Source: a virus (Duplodnaviria > Caudoviricetes). From it: a DNA stretch of 64,000 nt. Positions 8,349 to 17,721 of the stretch are shown one piece after another; within the stretch, counting starts at the first letter, position 1; each line of letters begins with the position of its first letter. The notes beneath the pieces are model-generated. The model searched no databases and was not told where the DNA came from. It worked only from the letters and a program-made list of their open reading frames with translations. The translations under genes were made by a program, and so were the position numbers. The stretch is taken from IMG/VR virus record IMGVR_UViG_3300046528_000200, positions 1 to 64,000 of that record. The stretch is one strand, 5' to 3'.

Positions 8349-8817
8349 GGTTGCGCTCCCAGTCGGTCTCGGTAAAGCGCGGCGTGTTATCCGGGCTGAT
8401 CTCAGGGACCGCGTCCAGCGGGATAAAGCACACCCAAAGGTGTGCGATCGAATTCCAGTCGTTGGCGGTGATCAGCGCGTGGCCGTAGGCCGGCCACGGG
8501 ATGATCTCGTAGGACTGGATGTTGTTGCGGATCTGCCGCATTGGTTGGTTGATCGGCGGCGTCATGCGAGCGTCGATCACCGGCTCGATCTTCGGGTTGG
8601 CTTTCACGTACAGCGCGAGCCACTCATGCGGCTTACCGAACATCCTCACCTGATCAGCCTTGCTGGACAGGAAGTTGAAGGTGCCTGGGTGGTGCGTCAC
8701 CCACGGCGAGCCGCTGCGATCCGTCTTGGCGTAGCGGTGCTCGATGAACAGGTCGGTCCAGCTGGTGACGATGCCAAGCAGCGTCTTGTCGATGTGGTTT
8801 TGGGGTAAGGGTGTCAT
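8341..8817 (-). CDS. Hypothetical protein
   Basis: Coupled ORF. Confidence 0.75.
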   Translation of the reverse strand: MTPLPQNHIDKTLLGIVTSWTDLFIEHRYAKTDRSGSPWVTHHPGTFNFLSSKADQVRMFGKPHEWLALYVKANPKIEPVIDARMTPPINQPMRQIRNNIQSYEIIPWPAYGHALITANDWNSIAHLWVCFIPLDAVPEISPDNTPRFTETDWERNRA

Positions 8818-9215
8818 TTCAGCTCCTTCGGCAGGAAATAGGCGATGCCATCTTTGTACATTGGGTACTTGGCAGCGTCGTCCAGCAGCACACCGAAGCG
8901 GCCGGTGAGCACCATGTTCGGGCGGTCAGGCCAGCCTGCGTTGGCGCGCTCCTGGTTGACAATCTCACCCAAGCCGTGAGAGTGGGTGTCGACGCGATCG
9001 CCTATCGAGAGGGTGCGCTGCACGGCATCGGCCGGCACGTCGACATAGCTGTGCTGGAAGTCCCAGTCCGACATCCAGTCGGGCCGGCTCGTGAGCACCC
9101 AGGCGGCCCAGTCGCCCATCTTGGCGTAGCGCACCTCGGTGCCGGCTGGAATCGTGCCGCGGGCGTTGCAGCGCGGGTTGTAGTGTTCGATGTCGCGGGT
9201 GGTGACGTGCTTCAT
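8814..9215 (-). CDS. Hypothetical protein
   Basis: Coupled ORF. Confidence 0.75.
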   Translation of the reverse strand: MKHVTTRDIEHYNPRCNARGTIPAGTEVRYAKMGDWAAWVLTSRPDWMSDWDFQHSYVDVPADAVQRTLSIGDRVDTHSHGLGEIVNQERANAGWPDRPNMVLTGRFGVLLDDAAKYPMYKDGIAYFLPKELK

Positions 9216-9478
9216 GTGAGCTCCTTCATGATGAGATCGACAACTTCAGCCGAGTCGAGGGTCTTGATCCTGGTCTCGTCGTACCAGTAGATGCAGCGGC
9301 CCTGCGTCGCGTCCTTCGGGCTCTCAGACAGCCAAATACGACACAGGTAAGGTGCAGCATCGATCAGGCTGAACAGATGGCGCCGCAACTCGGCTGAGTT
9401 CAGACCATGCTTGAACGCCTCCGGTCGCATATAGTGGCCGCGGTTGGTGAAATTCCAACCGATGCTATAAGTCGTCAT
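9212..9478 (-). CDS. Hypothetical protein
   Basis: Start MTTYS at ATGA overlap; GGAGG SD. Confidence 0.7.
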   Translation of the reverse strand: MTTYSIGWNFTNRGHYMRPEAFKHGLNSAELRRHLFSLIDAAPYLCRIWLSESPKDATQGRCIYWYDETRIKTLDSAEVVDLIMKELT

Positions 9479-9714
9479 GCCGCCTCCTTCATCGTCAGGC
9501 GCCGCACCGCGGCGGCGGCCGTGTCGTAGCGCCACTGCGCTTCATTCACGCGGCGCGCCGCCTGCTCACCGATGGGCGGCCAGGCTTCGGGGAGCATCCG
9601 GAGGCGCAGCGATTCGAGCGACTCACGGTGGGCATGCGCATGCATCAGGTTATGCGTGGCTTGCGCAAGTTCTTGGCCGGCCGCGGCGACGGCGGCGAGG
9701 TGGGCTCGGTTCAT
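9475..9714 (-). CDS. Hypothetical protein
   Basis: Coupled ORF. Confidence 0.65.
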   Translation of the reverse strand: MNRAHLAAVAAAGQELAQATHNLMHAHAHRESLESLRLRMLPEAWPPIGEQAARRVNEAQWRYDTAAAAVRRLTMKEAA

Positions 9715-9715
9715 G

Positions 9716-9874
9716 TCAGTCCTTCAGGTCGTCAATCACGTCGTTGCCCAGCTCTGCCAGGCGGTCCTCAACGCGGCGCGGGTCGGCGCTGCCGACCTCT
9801 TCAGGGTAAAAAACCACCACGGCATAGCCGGCGTGGCGCAAAGTTTCGACGGCGGTGCGTTGTTCTTCAGTCAT
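9716..9874 (-). CDS. Hypothetical protein
   Basis: Start MTEEQR. Confidence 0.65.
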   Translation of the reverse strand: MTEEQRTAVETLRHAGYAVVVFYPEEVGSADPRRVEDRLAELGNDVIDDLKD

Positions 9875-9878
9875 GTGG

Positions 9879-10193
9879 TCACCATTCACGGAAAGGGAGG
9901 GTAGGATCAACGCTGCCATCGGCGTCGAAGCGGATCAGGGTAGCTTCCTCGCAGTGGGCATACCACAGAATCTTGCGCAGATCGGAAGGTAGGTTGAAAG
10001 TCTGCCCCGCGACATCAGCCAGCTCAATCGGCGGCACGGTGATGAACAGGCCGTGCTCGTACAGGGCGACCGTCAGTGCTGGCCAGCCGAGGTCCTGTGG
10101 CGGCCGGGCGCTGTACTGGAAAAGGCGCTGCAGCAGCTGGAAAGTCTCTTCGGTCAGGTGGCCGGTTGAGAGGTCGAGGTACTGGGCGATCAT
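9879..10193 (-). CDS. Conserved phage hypothetical (YLDLSTGHL...IRFDADG type)
   Basis: Start MIAQY at ATGA overlap; motif recalled from phage and plasmid proteins. Confidence 0.7.
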   Translation of the reverse strand: MIAQYLDLSTGHLTEETFQLLQRLFQYSARPPQDLGWPALTVALYEHGLFITVPPIELADVAGQTFNLPSDLRKILWYAHCEEATLIRFDADGSVDPTLPFREW

Positions 10194-10561
10194 GCCGTCA
10201 CCTCGCGCGCCAGCAGCTCGCGGATGCGCTTGATGACGTCGGCGGGAGCAGGCTCCGCGTCTGCCGGATACGCATTGGTCCCGAACAGGCACCAGGCGTC
10301 CTCGAATTCAATCTCGAAGAACAGCTGCACGGCGTCCCAGTTGTCCGGGTTGTAGGCGCCGGGCGTGGCATCCAGCACGAAGACCGGCGCTATTGACCTG
10401 CGCCCCTTCAGCACAAAGCCCTGCTCGTTAAAGACTGGGTCCTTCGCAGCCCAGCCGACCGCACAGGCCGCGGTGCCGCAGGCCCAGTTGCCCATCTTGA
10501 GGTGGCCGGGTGGTACGCGCTCGAGGACGGTGATGAGATGGGTGAGGCGTTCGATGTTCAT
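10190..10561 (-). CDS. Conserved phage hypothetical (CGTAACAVGW motif)
   Basis: ORF track; motif. Confidence 0.75.
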   Translation of the reverse strand: MNIERLTHLITVLERVPPGHLKMGNWACGTAACAVGWAAKDPVFNEQGFVLKGRRSIAPVFVLDATPGAYNPDNWDAVQLFFEIEFEDAWCLFGTNAYPADAEPAPADVIKRIRELLAREVTA

Positions 10562-10570
10562 TTCGTTCTC

Positions 10571-10894
10571 CTATCGGCTGACTTGGACGGTGGCTTCCGG
10601 ATGGGCGACGCACGCCTCCAGGTACTCGACGCAGAACAGCAGGAAGTTTTCCAGCCTTCCCCAGTTGTTCGAAGCGTTGAACTGCTTATAGTGCGACGGC
10701 CGCGTCACCAGCTCGGTGATGGCCCTGCGCAGCGGTTCAATCAGCTGGACGGCCAGCACGATGTCGTTCGCTTCAGGGCGCCATAGGACTTCGTAGACGC
10801 CTGCTTCCTGAGCCATCCCGGCAAGGTTGTGGGTGATGTCGGCGGCGAACAATTCGCGGCCTGTGTTGTCGTTCAGGTAGACGTCGAGGCTCAT
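10571..10894 (-). CDS. Conserved phage hypothetical
   Basis: ORF track; NITHNL-like and NNWG motifs. Confidence 0.75.
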   Translation of the reverse strand: MSLDVYLNDNTGRELFAADITHNLAGMAQEAGVYEVLWRPEANDIVLAVQLIEPLRRAITELVTRPSHYKQFNASNNWGRLENFLLFCVEYLEACVAHPEATVQVSR

Positions 10895-11292
10895 TTCGTG
10901 TTCTCCAGTTGAAGGGCAGCTTGTTCGAACAGCAGGGCAGCGCGGAGGCGGTCCCTGGCCATCTCTTCGACCTCTTCGCGCAGCGCGGCGGCGCGGCGGC
11001 GCAGATCCACGATCGGCGAGTCGCCGGGCCGGGTCATGACGGAAAACCAGCCAGCCTGGCTATTCACCTGCACGCTGTACGGCAGGCAGCGGATCTCCAG
11101 CGGCGGCCCGAGGGTAGCGGCGGCAAGTTCGCGGAACTGGGCACGCTCGGTATTGAACTTGGCGCTGTCGTGCAGCAACTGGGCGCTGCGCAGCAGCGCC
11201 TGCTGTTCGGTCTCGCCCTCTTCCATCAGGATGGAGACGTCGGCTATACCGTGCTGGACGCAGACGCGGCCATTGTTGGTGGTGACTTTCAT
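10891..11292 (-). CDS. Hypothetical protein
   Basis: Coupled ORF. Confidence 0.7.
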   Translation of the reverse strand: MKVTTNNGRVCVQHGIADVSILMEEGETEQQALLRSAQLLHDSAKFNTERAQFRELAAATLGPPLEIRCLPYSVQVNSQAGWFSVMTRPGDSPIVDLRRRAAALREEVEEMARDRLRAALLFEQAALQLENTK

Positions 11293-11888
11293 CGGGTGAT
11301 CCTTTCGCCGGTGGCGACGTTGAACTGCGTGACGGTGAGGCCTTCGCGCTTCCAGGCGCGGATCTGGCGCCGGCGCTGGCGGGCGTTGCCGGAGACGAAG
11401 CGCAAGCAGCTGCCGTCGCTCACGGTGAAGGTGCCGCAGCGCCAGCCGGCCGGGCTGTCAGAGCGCGGGGCGGCGCGGGGCGGATTGCCGTGGACGATAT
11501 AGCCATTCTTGCCCATGGTGACCCAGCCACCTGCTAACACGCGCATCTCGGCATCGCCGAAGTCCATGGCGATGAACGGATGCTCACCTGGCAGGGCGGT
11601 CTCGATGTCGATCGCCACGCCCTTATGGCGCCGCTCGACGCCGTGCTTGGTGGTCACGTACTCAACCGGCTCGGAAGATCTGAGGCGGCCGGTGCCGATC
11701 AGCTTCGCCGCCAGGTCACGCAGACCGGCGCTGCTGAACTCGATGTCGGTCATCTCGTCGATCAGCGGTGCGGCGTTGCGCCGCTGCTCGATGCTCATGC
11801 CGTTGCAAGTGCAGCGGTCGGGCAGGTATTTGTTGCACACTGGGCAGCGCGGCACGTGCGGCTTGAAGGGGATGGTGGGCCAGGTCAT
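11289..11888 (-). CDS. Hypothetical protein with N-terminal Cys cluster
   Basis: CPVC...CTC; coupled. Confidence 0.7.
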   Translation of the reverse strand: MTWPTIPFKPHVPRCPVCNKYLPDRCTCNGMSIEQRRNAAPLIDEMTDIEFSSAGLRDLAAKLIGTGRLRSSEPVEYVTTKHGVERRHKGVAIDIETALPGEHPFIAMDFGDAEMRVLAGGWVTMGKNGYIVHGNPPRAAPRSDSPAGWRCGTFTVSDGSCLRFVSGNARQRRRQIRAWKREGLTVTQFNVATGERITR

Positions 11889-12133
11889 GGGGCTACCTTG
11901 AAGTTGTCGTCGTTGAATTCATGAACCCAGCGCGCGGCCGAGTCGACGCGCGCGGCCCGGGCATTGTCGGCCGGCGCGCGGTCTTCGGTCAGCGGCTGGA
12001 CGTACAGCCATGGGCCGGGACTGTCGCTGAAGAGCACGCACATCTCTCTGCGCACCACTTCCCAGCGTTCGCCGTGCTGCTTCACGATTTGCCTGGCAGG
12101 CTTGTCCAGTGGGATGAGCGTGACTACTCGCAC
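11885..12133 (-). CDS. Hypothetical protein
   Basis: Coupled ORF. Confidence 0.7.
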   Translation of the reverse strand: MRVVTLIPLDKPARQIVKQHGERWEVVRREMCVLFSDSPGPWLYVQPLTEDRAPADNARAARVDSAARWVHEFNDDNFKVAP

Positions 12134-13209
12134 TTGCCGCCCTCCTGCTGGGTTGCGCGCATGGCAGCACGCACATCGTCCAGTTTTACGTATTCACCGT
12201 CATCCTGGTCCTCATAGACGCCCCCACCTTCGCCGGACCATTCCCGGTAACGAGGCAGATGCTCGATAGCATCACGCACATCCTCACCAGCAGTGGGCGC
12301 GGCGCGGTAAAGTGGCGTGCGTCGCCAGCCGCTGGGGTTGCTCTGGATGGTGGCGGTGCGGTCGTCCAGCATGTTGTCGAGTTCGTCACCGTTGACGTAG
12401 GCGACCGGCGCTGCTGGTTGCTGTGCATGCGCCGCTTCCCACGCATTGCGGGCGCTGTAGGAATCGAGTATTGCACTCGGCGGGTGCCCGGTCTTCGGGT
12501 TCGGCGTGTTCCACCACGACTCGAAGTCAGCATGTGCCGCCGGCGCTGCCTCGGGAGTGCTGGCAGGGGAAGCGGCGCGCTTGCTGAGCAGGTCAAGCAC
12601 GGCCTCCTTGGCGGACACAAAGCCTTGCTGGAACGAGTTGGAGCCGTAGACGGGCAACGGAATGTTGCAAATCGCAAGTCGCAGATCATCAGCCTGCGCT
12701 GCCGGTGCTTTGGCTGCGATGGTCGGTGATTCGTAGACGACGCGCACGGCGTATCCGCTGATGCGGCCAAGCTCGTCGTATTTGGCTTTGTCCACATCGG
12801 CCCAGCCGCCACCCTCGGGCCACGACATGCGCGCTTGATAGATTGGCGACACTACGGCTGCGCCCTGCTGGGCGGACACCGGGCGTCGATAGACAGGGAA
12901 CCATTTATACGCAGGGTCGCTCCTGTCCATGTAGTCGATCTTCGGCTCGCCGTGCTGGACGCTTACCCAGAAGTCCGGTGCCGATTGGGCGCCCAGCCGC
13001 TCCAGCAGCTTGAGCGCCGTGTTCGGATCGAACGCTTCGACGAAGGCGAGGACCGGGTGGTTTTCGCCGACCAGGGTCTCGAGCAGGTATTCCATGCCAC
13101 CCTGGTCGAGCGCGGCGATGACGACGCCAGTAGATTCCCAGCTGCCTTTGATGGTGCCGGCGCCGGCGGCGATCGCCAGGGCCTTGAGGTGTTCGAGGTT
13201 GGTGGTCAT
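12124..13209 (-). CDS. Modular protein with Ead/Ea22-like N-terminus
   Basis: LEHLKALAIAA...W...AFVEAFDPNTALKLLERL resembles the lambdoid Ea22 N-domain; mosaic C-terminal modules. Confidence 0.6.
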   Translation of the reverse strand: MTTNLEHLKALAIAAGAGTIKGSWESTGVVIAALDQGGMEYLLETLVGENHPVLAFVEAFDPNTALKLLERLGAQSAPDFWVSVQHGEPKIDYMDRSDPAYKWFPVYRRPVSAQQGAAVVSPIYQARMSWPEGGGWADVDKAKYDELGRISGYAVRVVYESPTIAAKAPAAQADDLRLAICNIPLPVYGSNSFQQGFVSAKEAVLDLLSKRAASPASTPEAAPAAHADFESWWNTPNPKTGHPPSAILDSYSARNAWEAAHAQQPAAPVAYVNGDELDNMLDDRTATIQSNPSGWRRTPLYRAAPTAGEDVRDAIEHLPRYREWSGEGGGVYEDQDDGEYVKLDDVRAAMRATQQEGGKCE

Positions 13210-13439
13210 GCCGCCTCCGGAAAGTAATGTGCAAGTTCTTCAGGCGTCAGGTGGCGCCGGTAGAACACGGGCAAGTCTTGCGGCCGGCGCCAGATGTAGC
13301 AGGGCCGCCCGTTCGAGACGACGTGCATGCCGTTGTGGATCTCGGGCACGCGGATGCGCAGGCCGTGCTTCTTGGTAACCTTGCGGTCGCCGGTTTTGGG
13401 TCGCGGCCGGGCGGGGCTGGTGGTGATGTGGATTCTCAT
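13206..13439 (-). CDS. Hypothetical basic protein
   Basis: Coupled ORF. Confidence 0.7.
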   Translation of the reverse strand: MRIHITTSPARPRPKTGDRKVTKKHGLRIRVPEIHNGMHVVSNGRPCYIWRRPQDLPVFYRRHLTPEELAHYFPEAA

Positions 13440-13795
13440 TTCGGCACGTCTCCAAACAGCTCGAGGTGGATGGCATCAATAGCCGCGGCGCGCCGGGCGC
13501 GGGCCGCTTCGGCTTCGCGCCGGTCAAGCTCCCACTCAGCCAGGCGCAGCTTGCGGTGAGCGATCATCTCGGCAAGTGAGGCGGCCTTGACTCTGGCGTC
13601 GAACTTGCCTTTTAGCTCGCCGCGCCCGCCGTGGGTGGCGCTTTCCATGCCGTAGACGTAAAAGGTGACCTCGTTCGGGCTGACCACGGTGACGTCGACT
13701 TCATACCAGCTCAGATCAGGGTGAGCCGCCGCCCGGTAGGCGCGCCATAGATCCCAGCCTTCTTGTACAGGTAGCTGGAAGGGGAAGAGGTTCAT
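13436..13795 (-). CDS. Hypothetical protein
   Basis: Start MNLFPF at ATGA overlap. Confidence 0.7.
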   Translation of the reverse strand: MNLFPFQLPVQEGWDLWRAYRAAAHPDLSWYEVDVTVVSPNEVTFYVYGMESATHGGRGELKGKFDARVKAASLAEMIAHRKLRLAEWELDRREAEAARARRAAAIDAIHLELFGDVPK

Positions 13796-14019
13796 TTCCC
13801 ACTCCACGCCAGTCCCAGGGATTCGGCCGGCCACGGCGTCAGGTGGCGCACGTCGCCGACACGCGCCGGTACAGTCCAGATGAGGACCTCACGCGTGACT
13901 GGGTCCCAGCCGCCGATGACGGCGCGCCGGCGGTCGCACGGCTGGGTGATCTTGGCGCCGACCTCGATCGGCTGGCCCTGGGCGTTGAGGAGGGCGATGC
14001 GGGTGTTGGGGCGGGTCAT
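13792..14019 (-). CDS. Hypothetical protein
   Basis: Start MTRPN at ATGA overlap. Confidence 0.7.
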   Translation of the reverse strand: MTRPNTRIALLNAQGQPIEVGAKITQPCDRRRAVIGGWDPVTREVLIWTVPARVGDVRHLTPWPAESLGLAWSGK

Positions 14020-14498
14020 TTTCTTCCTTTCTTGGCAAGCTTCTTGGCGTCGACCTTGGCGTTCCAGTCGGCGCGCTCTTTGTCCGCTGCCTGTCGGGCA
14101 AGCTGTTCGGGTGTGGGTGCTGGGCGCGGCCTGTGGTAATGAGTGCCTAGGTGGTAGGGCGCCGGCAGGCGGTCGGCCAGCGACAGGCCGGCCAGCGCGT
14201 CTTCCGGCCTGGCCGGCTCGCCGGCGTACTGCACGTTCTTGTTGCCGTCGTAGTGCGTCAGGTCGTAATTCATCTTGTTGCCGCAGGTCGGGCACTGGAA
14301 GCCATAGCGGGTACGCCGGGTGCGGCCGCAACCTGTGCCGAAGCAGTAGGGCACGTAGTTCGGGTCAGCGTCCTTTTGCGGCTGCATCGGGTCATCCTTG
14401 AGGCGCGGATGATTGACGTCGGTGGGCGGGATGCGGTGTTTGGCGGCCAGCTGCTCGGCGAGGCGCTGGAGGTTGAGTGGGAGGCCGCCATTACTCAT
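14016..14498 (-). CDS. Zinc-ribbon protein
   Basis: CFGTGC...FQCPTCG. Confidence 0.7.
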   Translation of the reverse strand: MSNGGLPLNLQRLAEQLAAKHRIPPTDVNHPRLKDDPMQPQKDADPNYVPYCFGTGCGRTRRTRYGFQCPTCGNKMNYDLTHYDGNKNVQYAGEPARPEDALAGLSLADRLPAPYHLGTHYHRPRPAPTPEQLARQAADKERADWNAKVDAKKLAKKGRK

Positions 14499-14700
14499 GA
14501 TCGCTCCAGGTGAGGTTAAAACCGAAAGCGGCGTACTGCTCCGGCTCGGCGCCGCCAATCCGCACGGTAATCAGGCGCCGGCTGGTGTCCCAGCCGACCA
14601 GCTCGCCCTTGCGCAAGGTGCCGCGCTGCTGGACGGTGTCACCTACGGCGACAGGACGGCCAGTCACAGGGCGCACAGGGATGGGTTGCGGCGCGCTCAT
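14491..14700 (-). CDS. Hypothetical protein
   Basis: Coupled ORF. Confidence 0.65.
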   Translation of the reverse strand: MSAPQPIPVRPVTGRPVAVGDTVQQRGTLRKGELVGWDTSRRLITVRIGGAEPEQYAAFGFNLTWSDHE

Positions 14701-15356
14701 TTCTTCTCTCCCAGCACCAGCACCGCGTCAACCTTGGCCATGAAGGCCTGGACACGTGCTGGCGTCTCCAGCATGCTGTCGGCGATGCGCTGGATCTGGT
14801 CGCGGCTCAGACCGGCCGCCGCGCGCCACAGCTCCTTCTCGGCGCGCAGCCGGTCGATCTCCTTCTTCATGACGTCGGCGCGGTGCAGGCCGAGTGTCTG
14901 GAAAGGGAAGCTGTCCTGCTGCTCCCGCACCCAGTCGGTCTTGTTCGACCACTCCGTGCAGGCGGCCTTCCACTTGTCCCGATCGTCCAGCGCATTGACC
15001 AGCGTCTCGGACGGCACGGCGTCGCCGCCGGCACCGCGCCAGTGTTCGGCGGCGGCGCGCAGCTGGGCGACCAGGTCCGGCTTGGCGCCCAGGTTGAACA
15101 GCTCGTCCGCCGCAAGGGTGAACAGGTGGCGGTCGGCGGCGCGCGGCTCGCCTCTCGAACCGATCAGGCCCAGGATGTGGTCGGCGGACTCGGCGACCTC
15201 CAGCTGGGCATAGGTGAGGTGGATGACCGAGTAAGGGCGGATCTCGCCACCTACCTGGAGGACGCTGCGCTGCCGGACATACTGGATGTCGGCTGCGCGG
15301 ACGTGGATGGCGTGCGGCAGGCGCGGATTGAAGACGTCGGTGAGGGTGATGAACAT
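14697..15356 (-). CDS. Hypothetical modular protein
   Basis: 219-aa ORF with AGGAG SD. Confidence 0.75.
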   Translation of the reverse strand: MFITLTDVFNPRLPHAIHVRAADIQYVRQRSVLQVGGEIRPYSVIHLTYAQLEVAESADHILGLIGSRGEPRAADRHLFTLAADELFNLGAKPDLVAQLRAAAEHWRGAGGDAVPSETLVNALDDRDKWKAACTEWSNKTDWVREQQDSFPFQTLGLHRADVMKKEIDRLRAEKELWRAAAGLSRDQIQRIADSMLETPARVQAFMAKVDAVLVLGEKK

Positions 15357-15375
15357 TTATCAAGCTCCTTGGTTG

Positions 15376-15540
15376 TTAGGCATACCACTTATCGATCTTG
15401 CTGTACGCTTCCACCACGTCACCGTAGCCAAGGGTGCGCAGCAGATCGCACAGCAGGTCGTCGGCCTGGCTGTGGGCTTTCTCGTTGTCGCGACTTTCGG
15501 CGAGGCCGTTCAGGCGCTCGATGGCTTCTTCTCGCGTCAT
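15376..15540 (-). CDS. Conserved small phage protein (D.E.AH..AD.LLC..L..LGY type)
   Basis: Start MTREEA at ATGA overlap. Confidence 0.75.
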   Translation of the reverse strand: MTREEAIERLNGLAESRDNEKAHSQADDLLCDLLRTLGYGDVVEAYSKIDKWYA

Positions 15541-15878
15541 TGCGGGTTCTCCAGGTCGTAGATGAGTTTGTCGAGCCAGCACATGCGCATCATGCGCTGC
15601 ATGGCGACGGCTTCTTCGCGGCGCTCAGCGAAGTGGCTGGTGGCGCTCTCCTGCAGCCACCACGGATGGCCCTTCCCGCGCAGCTGGTCGCGCACCCACC
15701 ACGTCAGGTAAGGCTGATCTTGCAGGCCGGCCATGATGTGCTGTTCGCATTCGCGGCTCAGGTCTATGGCGTCAGCGGTGATGGCGCTGGCAATGGCGAA
15801 GCAGATGTGGAACTGCTCGCCGTTGTCGATCAGGTCGCGAGCGCGGCGCAGAATGGGCAGATGTTGTTTATTGAGCAT
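15537..15878 (-). CDS. Paralogue family member A
   Basis: MLNKQHLPIL...HICFAI...MCWLDKLIYDLEN. Confidence 0.75.
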   Translation of the reverse strand: MLNKQHLPILRRARDLIDNGEQFHICFAIASAITADAIDLSRECEQHIMAGLQDQPYLTWWVRDQLRGKGHPWWLQESATSHFAERREEAVAMQRMMRMCWLDKLIYDLENPQ

Positions 15879-16215
15879 TTTCGATGTCCCAGATGAGTTT
15901 GTCGAGCCAGGCAAGCCGGGCTGTGTTGCCTCGTTCGGTCAGCAGGGCGTCGAGGTAGGGCTTGGCAAGGTCTCCATCACCGCAGGTGAATGACTTCGAG
16001 CCGAGCCGCTCTTCCATGTCGACCAGCACCCATCTCAGCAGTGTGCCGTAGCCGTTCAGCGCGCCGCGGACGTGTTCGACCACGTCATTGGCGTCGAAAT
16101 TTCGGTGCAGGCGTTTGCCGGCCACCCTGAGAGCATGGCAGATGAAGCTGTGCTCGCGGGTTTCGAGCAGCTGGCGTGCCATCTGGAGGATGGGCAGATG
16201 CTGTTTATTGAGCAT
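15868..16215 (-). CDS. Paralogue family member B
   Basis: MLNKQHLPIL...FICHAL...RLAWLDKLIWDIEN. Confidence 0.75.
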   Translation of the reverse strand: MLNKQHLPILQMARQLLETREHSFICHALRVAGKRLHRNFDANDVVEHVRGALNGYGTLLRWVLVDMEERLGSKSFTCGDGDLAKPYLDALLTERGNTARLAWLDKLIWDIENAQ

Positions 16216-16855
16216 CTTTGCCTCGCAGATAGTCGATGCGCTTGAGAAGGAATTCGATGTGATTGTGCGGGCCTGCCGGATTAGTCGCCCAGTAGGACCA
16301 GCCAACGTGGTCAAAAGTACGCGCCTGCTTTCGGAGCCAGCCTTCGAGCGCGTCGTCGCGCTCGGCCGGCGTCATCTCGCTGTGACGCAGGTCTTCCAGG
16401 AACTTGAAGTCAGGCTCCTTGAGGCGGGCGGCAAGTTCTGTCAGGACGCCAGCAGGCTTGGGCTGTTCGACAGGCAGCTTGCGCCAGACGCCGGAGTTGA
16501 CATAGCTGTCGGCGGCAGCGCGGGTGTAGAGCAGCGGATGCCGCGTGCCATCGGCACATACGCCGCCGCCCTGCTCGCTGCCAGCAGCAAATTCGACGTA
16601 AGCGGCGTCCATAAGGCCGTTGGCGTGCGTGTAGCGCGCCAAGGGCAGCGCTTGGGCCTGCAGCCGCAGCGCGATGTCTTCGACGGTGTCGGCCGGCAGG
16701 CGTTGCGTGCCCATGGTCGGCGTGCTGATCGGGTGCGGCTGGCAGTACAGCACGGTGACGCGCTCGCCCTGCTTGACCTGCACGCTGATGTTCAGGCTCT
16801 TGCCGTCGTCGCCGGGTGCGGTGCCGACGGCGATGAGGGCGTCAGTCGTGGGCAT
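16205..16855 (-). CDS. Hypothetical modular protein
   Basis: Start MPTTD with AGGAG SD. Confidence 0.7.
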   Translation of the reverse strand: MPTTDALIAVGTAPGDDGKSLNISVQVKQGERVTVLYCQPHPISTPTMGTQRLPADTVEDIALRLQAQALPLARYTHANGLMDAAYVEFAAGSEQGGGVCADGTRHPLLYTRAAADSYVNSGVWRKLPVEQPKPAGVLTELAARLKEPDFKFLEDLRHSEMTPAERDDALEGWLRKQARTFDHVGWSYWATNPAGPHNHIEFLLKRIDYLRGKDAQ

Positions 16856-17144
16856 AGCTGACTCCTTGCTGGACGGCGTGGTTGAGGGCGTTGACCAGCT
16901 GGGCGCGGAACCATCCCCGCTTGGTCTCGTTATCCCAGATGAACTGCTCGATCGGCGTCTGGCCACCTGCAATACACGCGTCTCGGGCCGCGTCGAAGGT
17001 GGGTAGCGGGACGGCCGGCAGCTGTACCTCGACCACCTGCAGGGCGCGCATGCGCGCCTCCAGCTCGAGGATGTGCTGGTTGGCGGCGGCAAGCTGGTCT
17101 TCCAGCTGGCGGATGAGCCTCTGGGCAGAGAGGGTGTCCATCAT
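16842..17144 (-). CDS. Hypothetical coiled-coil protein
   Basis: Start at ATGA overlap. Confidence 0.7.
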   Translation of the reverse strand: MMDTLSAQRLIRQLEDQLAAANQHILELEARMRALQVVEVQLPAVPLPTFDAARDACIAGGQTPIEQFIWDNETKRGWFRAQLVNALNHAVQQGVSYAHD

Positions 17145-17455
17145 TGCTTTCCTTTCAAGTCGTTGATCATGCGGTCGATGAGGGCAAGTCGTGCGGTGCG
17201 CACGCCTTCCAGGTTCCTGACTGTGCTGGCTTTCTTGCGGCCGGCGCCGCCCTGCGTCAGCCAGTCGCCCACCGTCAGGAAGGGTGCGATGCGGCCTTGT
17301 GTCTCGAGCTTGAGTTCCTCGCAAAAGACGCCGATGTTGCGGCGATGGTCGAGCTCTTTGATGGTGTCGAGGGCGATGCAGATGTAGGTGGCGTGGTTGG
17401 CCTCGATCCTCCTCCTGACGTCGGCAAGGATGCGCTGCTTGATGGCGGCGCTCAC
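17141..17455 (-). CDS. Paralogue family member C (divergent)
   Basis: YICIAL...TARLALIDRMINDL shares motifs with A and B. Confidence 0.7.
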   Translation of the reverse strand: MSAAIKQRILADVRRRIEANHATYICIALDTIKELDHRRNIGVFCEELKLETQGRIAPFLTVGDWLTQGGAGRKKASTVRNLEGVRTARLALIDRMINDLKGKQ

Positions 17456-17721
17456 AGATGTTCTCCCAGGCGGGCCTGCACGCCCTCGTGCAGCCGGATG
17501 GCGAAGGTGTTCACTTCGCGCAGGACCTGGTGGATGGGCCGGCTGTAGATCATCTCGTAGACGGACTGGCCGCCGACGGTCAGGCCGACGTTGAAGTCGA
17601 AGCCGACCGGGTGGCGCTTGAGGTTGTAGGGGCGCAGATGGCGGCGGATCTCTTGCGCGGCGATCTCGGCGGCCTTGTGGTAGGCGCAGTCGAGGATTTT
17701 GTCGATTTCACTGGTGCGCAT
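17452..17721 (-). CDS. Hypothetical protein
   Basis: Coupled ORF. Confidence 0.7.
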   Translation of the reverse strand: MRTSEIDKILDCAYHKAAEIAAQEIRRHLRPYNLKRHPVGFDFNVGLTVGGQSVYEMIYSRPIHQVLREVNTFAIRLHEGVQARLGEHL

